Source of the DNA: a candidate division WS1 bacterium
Lineage (GTDB): Bacteria > Armatimonadota > Zipacnadia > Zipacnadales > Zipacnadaceae
Assembly (NCBI GenBank): GCA_012523355.1
Contig: JAAYIR010000207.1
Span: forward strand, 1 to 58,012
Reading direction: 5' to 3'
DNA: 58,012 nucleotides
In this document: one piece after another, positions 17,357-25,403 of the stretch
Numbering within the stretch: position 1 is the stretch's first letter
Layout: each line of letters starts with the position of its first letter
Translations under genes and position numbers: made by a program
The notes under the pieces: generated by a model
Databases searched by the model: none
What the model was told of the DNA's origin: nothing
Seen by the model: only the letters and a program-made list of their open reading frames with translations

Positions 17357-19152
17357 GCGCAGGAGGGTGTATGCTACAGCTTGCTGGAGAGGTCACCGAT
17401 CAGGGCGTAATCATCTACATGACCGGGGCGTTGTGTACGCAGCCGGCTCAGGTCCTGCAGAGCGAACAGGCCGCGCGAATCATCCAGGGGTATCTCGACA
17501 ACCTCGACAAGCGCCAATCCGAACGACTGGCCCTGTTGAGAGGGCGGGACATCACCCCGGTGGAAGACGCGCCCTCGCCTGCGGCGCGTGAGCTGGCCCG
17601 CCTTCTGGGCCTGTTGGTGGACCTGGGGCCGGAAGAGATACGCACCCGCGCTCCCGACGTTGGCGGGCTCCTCAGCAACCTGCAGGGCCTGGCGGAACTG
17701 GTGGAGGAGCTCTACGACCACTGGCGCCATTACGAACGCTATCTGATCTTCGAGGGTGGAGCTGATGATTCACGCGATCGAGCCGTCGAGGGCCACCTGC
17801 CCTTCATCGAGAACAATGAATATCTGACGGATCTAGTGCGCACCGCCTACCGACAGATCGAGCACCATCTACGCGGCCACTGGCCGAGGGTCTACCGCCA
17901 GGTGCCGGCGGGTACGAACATGAGCCTGCTGCTGGATGAGGTGCGCTGGCCCTGCCCCGGCGGCAGCTATGAGACGCTGCGCGACATCCGCATGGTCCGG
18001 TTGGCGCTCTTGGTCCTGCCGGTCATCCTCAACCCGCGGCGCAACTTCCGCCAAGGGAAGATCGTGGAGATGGACCACAATCCCCTGGACGGGACGCAGC
18101 TGGATCCCAAGCAGTGGTTCTGTTTGCCGCTGCGGGTGGGGGAGTTGTCCTTTCAGGTCTACTTCCATCGCGAGTATCTCGCCCTGGGGGTTAGCCTGGT
18201 CAACCTCTTTGAGCTCTCTGGACATGTGGAGGCGCGCTGCAAACCCGACGGTATCCTTGTCTTTGGCCTGCCCGACCAGGCTTTGGATGGAGAGATGACC
18301 GCCTTCTTCGTGGACGAGAAAGAAGATGTGGCGGTAGGAGGCGTGCGCCGGTGCGAGGACGTCGAGTATTTCGGCTATTTCAAGAAGATGATTCTCACGC
18401 TGCACAACGTCATCATGATGCGGCGCGGGCGCCTGCCCGTACACGGTGCCATGTGCCGGGTCAACCTGCGCGGTGGGCCATCGGTCGGGCTCGTCCTGGT
18501 CGGGGACAGCGGCGCGGGCAAATCGGAGACCCTGGACGCTTTCCAGAGCCTGGCCGAGGACTGGATCTCCGACTTGACCATCATCTTTGATGACATGGGC
18601 TCACTGGCGCTGAGCGAGGACGGCTTGATTGGATATGGCACAGAGACAGGCGCCTTTGTGCGTCTGGATGATCTGGACCCCAGCTATGCGTTCGGTCATC
18701 TCGATCGCAGCATCTTGATGAGTCCCCACCGGCAGAATGCCCGCGTCGTTATCCCTCTGACCGAGTACAAAGACGTGGTCGCTGGATGCCCGGTGGACTT
18801 GCTTCTGTACGCCAACAACTACGAGCCGGTAGATGAGGAGCTGCCTGCGGTGGAGCTCTTCGATAACCCTGAGCAGGCTCTGCACATATTTCGTTCGGGA
18901 TACCGGGCCGCCAAGGGCACCACTGATGAGCAGGGCCTGGTGCGCTCGTATTTCGCCAACCCCTTCGGACCAAGCCAGATGCGCGAGCTACATGAAGGAA
19001 TTGCCCAGCGCTATTTCGAAGAGATCTACCGACTGGGGGTCCCCGTTGGCCAGCTTCGAACCCGCCTGGGAATAGCAGGCTGGGAGCGGGAAGGGCCTCG
19101 GGCGGCTGCCGAAGCGCTGCTCAGCCGTCTTCAGTCCCAGGCCGGGGCGTGA
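17353..19152 (+). CDS. Uncharacterised protein with a C-terminal PEP-carboxykinase(ATP)/HPr-kinase-superfamily nucleotide-binding core
   Basis: P-loop GDSGAGKSE at 18502-18528, flanked by PEPCK-like blocks (LPVHGAM, IIFDDMG, GTETGAFVRL, NARVVIPL). The N-terminal ~335 aa are unrecognised. The start is TTG 17353 (overlapping the ychF-like stop) or ATG 17371. Confidence 0.6.
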   Translation: MSAGGCMLQLAGEVTDQGVIIYMTGALCTQPAQVLQSEQAARIIQGYLDNLDKRQSERLALLRGRDITPVEDAPSPAARELARLLGLLVDLGPEEIRTRAPDVGGLLSNLQGLAELVEELYDHWRHYERYLIFEGGADDSRDRAVEGHLPFIENNEYLTDLVRTAYRQIEHHLRGHWPRVYRQVPAGTNMSLLLDEVRWPCPGGSYETLRDIRMVRLALLVLPVILNPRRNFRQGKIVEMDHNPLDGTQLDPKQWFCLPLRVGELSFQVYFHREYLALGVSLVNLFELSGHVEARCKPDGILVFGLPDQALDGEMTAFFVDEKEDVAVGGVRRCEDVEYFGYFKKMILTLHNVIMMRRGRLPVHGAMCRVNLRGGPSVGLVLVGDSGAGKSETLDAFQSLAEDWISDLTIIFDDMGSLALSEDGLIGYGTETGAFVRLDDLDPSYAFGHLDRSILMSPHRQNARVVIPLTEYKDVVAGCPVDLLLYANNYEPVDEELPAVELFDNPEQALHIFRSGYRAAKGTTDEQGLVRSYFANPFGPSQMRELHEGIAQRYFEEIYRLGVPVGQLRTRLGIAGWEREGPRAAAEALLSRLQSQAGA

Positions 19153-19204
19153 TGGAACGCGCAGTTGTAGCCAGCCGCAGAACCGTTATATAGGGGGGCT
19201 AACG

Positions 19205-19825
19205 GTGCGTGTGTGTTTGCGGGGCTCAGGCTTCACTCTAGTTGAAGTTCTTGTGGTCATAGCCATCATCGTCGTGCTGGCGGCCCTACTGCTGCCGGTC
19301 TACGAGCAGTGCCTCAAGAAGGCCGAGTCTGCCTCCTGTCTGAGCAACCTGCGTTCGCTACTGGTCGCTGCGGCGATGTACGCGGATGACTGCGACAATC
19401 ATCTCCCGCCGGCCTTGGTCCCCGCTGCTCCGCCGACCTATTGCACTTGCTGGGACGTCGTTTTGTACCCCTACCTGCGGAATCACGACATCTACAGGTG
19501 TCCCTCCGATCAGGTGTGTTCACCGGGGCCCTCCTGGACGTACTCCTTCCCTCACAGCTACGGCGTCAATCTGGCGCTCACGCTGGTCGGGGGCTACATG
19601 GGGGTGTCTCTGAATCAGGAACGCCTTACACGGCCCAGCGAGACGGTCCTGTTCTTCGAATTGAACCAGGCTGGCGGCTACGGCTGGCGGCCGGAATGGG
19701 GCAACCCTGAGCAGTACTTGGCGAAGCGGCACCTGGACGGCGCCAACTTCGCCTTCTGTGGAGGGAATGTCAAGTGGATGCAGCCGGATTACACGCTGGC
19801 CGGAGCGGGGATGTGGCAGCCGTAA
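19205..19825 (+). CDS. Prepilin-type N-terminal cleavage/methylation domain protein, DUF1559 (H-X9-DG) family
   Basis: The N-terminus GFTLVEVLVVIAIIVVLAALLLP is a pilin-like leader/helix, and the C-terminus carries HLDGANFAFCGGNVKWM. It has a GTG start. Confidence 0.8.
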   Translation: MRVCLRGSGFTLVEVLVVIAIIVVLAALLLPVYEQCLKKAESASCLSNLRSLLVAAAMYADDCDNHLPPALVPAAPPTYCTCWDVVLYPYLRNHDIYRCPSDQVCSPGPSWTYSFPHSYGVNLALTLVGGYMGVSLNQERLTRPSETVLFFELNQAGGYGWRPEWGNPEQYLAKRHLDGANFAFCGGNVKWMQPDYTLAGAGMWQP

Positions 19826-19876
19826 CCCGGAGGGGGTGCCCGGCTTGGCTGCAGAGCGCCAGGCAGGAGGGTGTCT

Positions 19877-21565
19877 CTAGCTCTTCTCGCCTTCCAGCAG
19901 CGCGGGCAGCCGAAACCACACCTTGGTGCCGGCTCCGGGTCGGCTGTCAAACTGCACGGTGCCGCCGTGCTCGTCCTCGATGATCCGCCGGCAAGAGTAC
20001 AGCCCCAGACCAGTGCCACTGGGCTTGGTGGTGAAGAAAGGCTCAAATATCCGCCGCTGAACCTCAGCAGGAATCCCGGGCCCATTGTCTGCCACGCCGA
20101 TAACGACCTCGTCCTCATCCACGGCAGTCGTCACGCTGATGACCGCGTCTTTCTGTCCTTCAGTCACATCCAGCGCGTTCATGATCAGATTCAGGACCGC
20201 CCGATACACCTGATCCGGATCCGCATTAATGGGCGGCAGATCCTCCGCCAGCGAGGTCTCGAGTTCCACGCCCCGGTGCCGGGCCTCCGTAGTCAGCAGA
20301 GCAATCCCGTCCTGCAAGACCTCATTGACCTGAACCGGCTGGAACTTCTTCGGTCCGGCCTCAGAGAAGGAGTACAACTGCTGCACCAAGGCGCCCAGAC
20401 GACGAATCTCTCGCCGCATGATGTCCTTGGCCTCGTCCGGCACCTCCTGGCCCTGGGCCATCAACTGGACCAGTGGCGCGAGGGGGGAGAGGATGTTGCT
20501 CATGTCGTGCGCGAGGGAGGCGGCCAGTGTGCCGATGGTGCTCAGCTTCTCCGTGCGCACGAGCTGCTCCTGGGTCTCCTCGAGGTCCCGGTAGGCCTGG
20601 CGAAGCTGGGTATACAGCCGGGCATTCTCCAATGCAGAAGCGGCCTGGGCAGTGATGGCGCTCACCAGGTCCACGTCACGCTCGGTGAAGATGCGATTGC
20701 CGGAGGCGGAGTCCAGGAAGAGCACTCCCAGGACCTCCCCCCGTCGTACCAGCGGTGCGCAAATCACCGAGCGGATCTGAAAGTCATGGACGGATTCGAT
20801 GGCAGCGAAGCGCTCGTCGGTACTCGCGTCGCTGCTCAGGATCACACGGCGCTCTCTGGCAGCTCGCTCGACGATGCTGCGGCTCAAGGTGATCGGCGTG
20901 CCGTCAAAGGCCGAAGGCCCCGAGCGGGTAACGCGGGGCGCCAGTTCCTCCCCCTCCGCCAGGAGCAGGAAGCCCCGCTCGGCGGGTACACTGTGCATGA
21001 TCTGATCCATGGCCGTGTTGAGGACTTGGTCCAGTTCCAGCGTCTGGCTTAGCGCCATGCTGGCATCGGAAAGCGCCTGCAGTTGCTCCTGCAACTCCGG
21101 AGCCGTCAGGTCATCTCGCGGCGCGGCCGGAGCCTCCGCGTCCACGGAGTAGAGAACGTTCTCGCCGACCTCCGGGGCCTCGGGCGCCGCCGCGGGAGCC
21201 GAAACCAGCTCGATCTTGGGGCCTCCCATCACGGCTGGTGCCTCTTCTGCCACCAGTTCGAGCCAGGTTCGCCCCACCCGGATCTGATCGCCCACACTCA
21301 CGGCAACCTGATTGTGCACTCGGAGCTGGCCGGAGTAGGTCCCGTTGGCGCTGCCCAGGTCCTCCAGGAGCCAATTGTCGCCCACGCGCAGGAGACGAGC
21401 GTGGCGCCGGGAGGCGCGCAGGTCGAGAGGCAAGCAGACGTCGTTGTCGGCCAGCCGCCCGATAGTGATCTCGTCCCGGTCCACCAGGAACTCGACGCCC
21501 AGCATGTCCGGGCTGAGTACCCTCAGCCTGTATATTGGCTGCTCGTGTGCCTGCAAGCTAGTCAC
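19877..21565 (-). CDS. FHA-GAF-HisKA-HATPase sensor histidine kinase
   Basis: N-terminal FHA (ITIGRLADNDVCL...SRRHARL...DLGSANGT), a central GAF-like region, the H-box LAASLAHDMSNIL, and N/G boxes NLIMNALD, DNGPGIP and GTGLGLYSC. Confidence 0.85.
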   Translation of the reverse strand: MTSLQAHEQPIYRLRVLSPDMLGVEFLVDRDEITIGRLADNDVCLPLDLRASRRHARLLRVGDNWLLEDLGSANGTYSGQLRVHNQVAVSVGDQIRVGRTWLELVAEEAPAVMGGPKIELVSAPAAAPEAPEVGENVLYSVDAEAPAAPRDDLTAPELQEQLQALSDASMALSQTLELDQVLNTAMDQIMHSVPAERGFLLLAEGEELAPRVTRSGPSAFDGTPITLSRSIVERAARERRVILSSDASTDERFAAIESVHDFQIRSVICAPLVRRGEVLGVLFLDSASGNRIFTERDVDLVSAITAQAASALENARLYTQLRQAYRDLEETQEQLVRTEKLSTIGTLAASLAHDMSNILSPLAPLVQLMAQGQEVPDEAKDIMRREIRRLGALVQQLYSFSEAGPKKFQPVQVNEVLQDGIALLTTEARHRGVELETSLAEDLPPINADPDQVYRAVLNLIMNALDVTEGQKDAVISVTTAVDEDEVVIGVADNGPGIPAEVQRRIFEPFFTTKPSGTGLGLYSCRRIIEDEHGGTVQFDSRPGAGTKVWFRLPALLEGEKS

Positions 21566-21774
21566 TTCCTGCCACGCTTTGACAGACTCTGATTCTTCCT
21601 GGTTCCGCAGTGTACCTCCAGGAAAGCCAGGGATTGTCTCTGTGGCTTCTCCGGTCCTTTGTCCATGCGAACTGCATTCGCCGCTTGCAGGGGATGCCGG
21701 AGGAGGTTCGTGCTGGAGCCCGGTCCCGGGCGGCTCGGGGAGGAGTGAGCAGGTATGCCGCGGAAACTCAGCGC

Positions 21775-22110
21775 ATGACCTCCGTCCCGTCTACAGAGGA
21801 GAACCGGTCCGGCATGAGCCTTGCTGCATTTCAGGGCCAGATAGAGCGCATCTACTACGAGAAGGACTCCCAGCGTGGCATGAGCGGGACCTTCATGTGG
21901 TTTGTGGAGGAGGTGGGGGAGTTGTCGCGGGCCCTGCGGCGTGGAACTCCGGAAGAGATTACCGGCGAGTTTGCGGATGTCCTCGCCTGGTTGGCGACGC
22001 TGGCCTCCATCGCCGGCGTGGACCTCCAGACTGCCGCGGGCAGGTACGCGGCCGGCTGTCCCAAGTGCGGCCAGACTCCGTGCCACTGCTCCGAGCCGAG
22101 TACAGGCTAG
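21775..22110 (+). CDS. MazG-like nucleotide pyrophosphohydrolase with a C-terminal Cys cluster
   Basis: EEVGELSRAL ... EFADVLAWLATLA (the EExxE/D MazG helix pair) plus CPKCGQTPCHC at the C-terminus. The start is uncertain (ATG 21775 or 21814). Confidence 0.7.
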   Translation: MTSVPSTEENRSGMSLAAFQGQIERIYYEKDSQRGMSGTFMWFVEEVGELSRALRRGTPEEITGEFADVLAWLATLASIAGVDLQTAAGRYAAGCPKCGQTPCHCSEPSTG

Positions 22111-25100
22111 GCGCCCTCCGGCGCCTCTCCGAATACGCGGGCTCTTTCGGAGCAGCAGGCGGCGAACCCGCAATACTGGCAGTGGGGTCCGGCACGGACC
22201 TCGACCTCTTCTCCCCCTGCTGTGGCTACCATCGTGTGCAGGAGTGCTTTCAGGCGTTGGCTTTGGGTCTGGAGTTCATCCTCCGTGAAGGTGAGCGTCT
22301 GGATCGCATCCCGTTGCACGTGGGCAATGATGACTGTCACCGGATCGGACACTCCCTCGGCACGCAGCGCTTCCCGGTAGATGTGCATCTGCAGGGCGTG
22401 TTCGGCACGATGCGCGGGAGACATCGCCGCCTCCGTCTTGTAGTCCACCAGTCGCGCAGATCCGGGCAAGAACAGGTCAGCCACGCCGGTGATTTCCACC
22501 AGACAGTCCTTCTCACGTTGGACAAGAAGCAGGGGACGCTCCACCTCGGCATCCGCCTCGGGGCATACCCACTCGCTGTCCAGGAAGACCTCGCTGAGCG
22601 CCAGGAGCCGACGGGCTTCCGCCTCGGGAAGGTCGGCGGCCAGCTTCGCTGCGAGCTGTCGGGGTTGTGGCCCCTGAGGGGGTATTTGTCCGCGGTTGAC
22701 GGCGGCTGCAAACTCATGAAAGCGGCTGCCCACCAGCGGCGCCTCCACAGCGTGGGGTTGACCAGACCCGGCTTCCGGCCAGCCCTCTGTCTGGCGCGAG
22801 AGTACCCAGGAAAGCGGGCAGTTTTCCAGTTGACGCAATTGCGTGAAGCTGGCGCGCAAGGTCTCCGGGGGGCGTGTCTGTGATCGTCGAAGCACCACCG
22901 GCGCCGCCGGACGTACGCGACCATGGCCTGCCGTCTCGGAAACTGCCACTGCGGGTGGCTGCTCCACAACGTCGGCGAAGAAGGCACTGCCGGGGTACTC
23001 AGGCTCTCGCTCGCTCCCGCCAACGGCGCGCGTTACTGCCAGAATGCGCTCTGCCCGCGTCACACCCACGTAGGCCAGGCGCTGTTCCTCGTCATCACGG
23101 CTCCCGGTACCCTTGTCAAGCATCTTCAGAATCAGGTCCTTGGGCGCCAGGCTGGTGCTCTTCAAGCCCCGGAAGCCCCAGTGGTCGTCGTATGCCGTTC
23201 GCGAGAACCCATGGGGTGTCCACGCTGGCAGGAAGACCACCGGCCACTCGAGCCCTTTGGCGGCGTGCAGAGTCAAGACCTGCACTGCTCCCTGGGCCGG
23301 CTGGTCAACCACCGGGAGTTGGCGCTGGTCGTCACCGAGGTACAGGTCCAGGATGTGTGTCAGGTCGTCCAGGTGTGGGGGGCGCTCCTCCGTGATTTCC
23401 TCGATCAAGCCCTCGAAGGTGGCTCGCACCACTGGTACGGCGGCCTCCTCGGAGGAAGTCAATGCGGCATGCTCAATGCGGTGCCGCCACAAGGCCTCCA
23501 CTACCTGCCGAGCTGGAGCCTGCCTGGCCAGGTCGGCCAGCGCCGCGTACTGGTCCTGGAAGGCTTGTATGCGGTCCCATGCCTCCGACGACAGCTCGGA
23601 GTCCCGCGGCGTGCTGAGGCGTTGCTGGATTAGGTCTATCGCTGGAGCCTCGGCGCGACGGCGGCGGCCCCGCGAGTCAGGAGAGGTCAGAAGCAGGAAC
23701 AGCTCTCGGTCCGAGAGGCCATATGGCGGGCTGGATAAGAGACGAACCAAGTACCGATCCTGCTGCGGGTCCTGCAAGGCACGCAACCAGGCCAAGAGGT
23801 CTCTGGCCAGAGGGTGTTCAAAGAACCCGACCCCGCCCTGAGCTTGGTAGCGCAAGCCATGCCGCTCGAAGGCCACCTTGAGGGGCCGGAAAGCGTTGCG
23901 TCGCCGGAGAAGCACCGCCACCTGCTGCAGGTCCGTGACCTGGCCTTGCCGTTGAAACGCCAGGATTTGTTCGGCGATGTACTCTGCCTCTTCCCTGCGA
24001 CTCTGGCGCAAGCTGCCACTCGGCGTCTGGAAGAGAGGCGGGTAAACGATCAGGCCGCGGCTCTGGTTTCCTGGTTCCAGAGCCGGGTCTTCCGGGCCGG
24101 CCTGCTCGCCGAGGCGGTTGGCGATGACAGTTATCTCAGGCGTGAGACGGTAGCTCTGAGTAAGGGGACGGACTATCTCTCGACTCTTTATCGTGTCATC
24201 GGGATCAAAGGGTAACAGCTCGTCCATGTTCTGCGGGCGCGCGTTGCGCCAGCCATAGATGGACTGCTTGCAGTCTCCTACCACCAGCAGACGCTCAAAG
24301 GTGTCTTCTTCTCGAGTCCCACGCGGGCCGACCACTGTGACTTGCTGGGGGCGCGATAGGAGACGGAGCAACTCCAGCTGGCTGCGCGAGCTGTCCTGGA
24401 ATTCATCAACGAGAAGGTAGTCGAAAGCGGAACGGTAATGCCTGGAGAGCCTGAGCCCGGGGTCGCGGAGCAGGTTCAGAGCCTGTATGATCTGTCCGTC
24501 GTAGTCAATCGCTCCCTCGGCGTGCAGGCGCTGCACATACTGCTCGTACAGAGCTGCCGCCGCCCTGACTAGTCCTTCCTCAGCCGCTCGTGCCCGGTCG
24601 AAAAGGGCTTGGGTGTCATCTCGCGGGACCACGGGGCGACCGCCCTTCCGCTCGGCCTGGAAATAGAGCTTTCGCACCTCCAGGGTCGCCTTGGCTTCCC
24701 ACTCACTTCCGGGGGACTGAGGCAGTTCCTCCGGATCGAGCGCAGCAAAGAGCCCGCTGCGCACCGCCTCCGGCAGGTCATCGGGCGCCAGTTCTCTGGT
24801 GGTTTGCGGGCGCGGCAGGGCACTCCAGAACCGGTGGCACAGCCTCAAAGCCTCTTCCAGGAACTCCTCATGTCGCAACCCGGCACCCTTGGCCTGCCGG
24901 AGCATCTCGCTCAGGATCTGTCGCAGGTCACCTGGCTTCTCCACGCCCAGATTCGCGAGTACTGAGGGTGCGAGGGGGGTCACATGCGCCAACTCGCCTG
25001 AGAATACGGCCTCCAGCAGCTGCCCCAGGTACAGGTCCTCCTGGACTTCGCTGAGTACCCGGGGGTCGGGATTCAGACCGGCGGCATAGGCGTTCTCTCG

Positions 25101-25403
25101 CACCACGCGATCCGCGAAGCCGTGGAAGGTATGCACCCACAGGGTGGGCGACTGCGCATATCCGTTTAGACGCAACAGCCGGCGGATGCGTCCGCGCATC
25201 TCTGCCGCGGCGTTCCGGGTAAAGGTGAGGGCCAGGAGGCGTTCCGGGGCGATTCCCCGGTGCACGACCAGCCATACGAAGCGGTGGGCCAGGACGAAGG
25301 TCTTGCCGGTCCCGGCGCCTGCGATCACCTTGAGCGGAAGCGACAGCTCTGGCTCCTCGATGATCCGCCGTTGGACCTCGCTGGGGGGCCTCTCGTATCT
25401 CAT
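22107..25403 (-). CDS. UvrD/PcrA-type helicase fused to a RecB-family nuclease (AddA/AdnB-like subunit)
   Basis: Walker A AGAGTGKTF, motif II LLVDEFQDSS and LTLHAAKGLEWPVVFL. The C-terminal nuclease carries GVADLFL...RLVDYKT...QMHIYREAL plus cysteines (ENCPLSW; CQYCGFAACC). Confidence 0.85.
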   Translation of the reverse strand: MRYERPPSEVQRRIIEEPELSLPLKVIAGAGTGKTFVLAHRFVWLVVHRGIAPERLLALTFTRNAAAEMRGRIRRLLRLNGYAQSPTLWVHTFHGFADRVVRENAYAAGLNPDPRVLSEVQEDLYLGQLLEAVFSGELAHVTPLAPSVLANLGVEKPGDLRQILSEMLRQAKGAGLRHEEFLEEALRLCHRFWSALPRPQTTRELAPDDLPEAVRSGLFAALDPEELPQSPGSEWEAKATLEVRKLYFQAERKGGRPVVPRDDTQALFDRARAAEEGLVRAAAALYEQYVQRLHAEGAIDYDGQIIQALNLLRDPGLRLSRHYRSAFDYLLVDEFQDSSRSQLELLRLLSRPQQVTVVGPRGTREEDTFERLLVVGDCKQSIYGWRNARPQNMDELLPFDPDDTIKSREIVRPLTQSYRLTPEITVIANRLGEQAGPEDPALEPGNQSRGLIVYPPLFQTPSGSLRQSRREEAEYIAEQILAFQRQGQVTDLQQVAVLLRRRNAFRPLKVAFERHGLRYQAQGGVGFFEHPLARDLLAWLRALQDPQQDRYLVRLLSSPPYGLSDRELFLLLTSPDSRGRRRRAEAPAIDLIQQRLSTPRDSELSSEAWDRIQAFQDQYAALADLARQAPARQVVEALWRHRIEHAALTSSEEAAVPVVRATFEGLIEEITEERPPHLDDLTHILDLYLGDDQRQLPVVDQPAQGAVQVLTLHAAKGLEWPVVFLPAWTPHGFSRTAYDDHWGFRGLKSTSLAPKDLILKMLDKGTGSRDDEEQRLAYVGVTRAERILAVTRAVGGSEREPEYPGSAFFADVVEQPPAVAVSETAGHGRVRPAAPVVLRRSQTRPPETLRASFTQLRQLENCPLSWVLSRQTEGWPEAGSGQPHAVEAPLVGSRFHEFAAAVNRGQIPPQGPQPRQLAAKLAADLPEAEARRLLALSEVFLDSEWVCPEADAEVERPLLLVQREKDCLVEITGVADLFLPGSARLVDYKTEAAMSPAHRAEHALQMHIYREALRAEGVSDPVTVIIAHVQRDAIQTLTFTEDELQTQSQRLKALLHTMVATAGGEEVEVRAGPHCQYCGFAACCSERARVFGEAPEGA

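Noticed and set aside
19871-21052. A 393-aa ORF on the plus strand.
   Set aside because: It is antisense to the FHA-GAF histidine kinase, which has complete H, N and G boxes. This is a shadow ORF.
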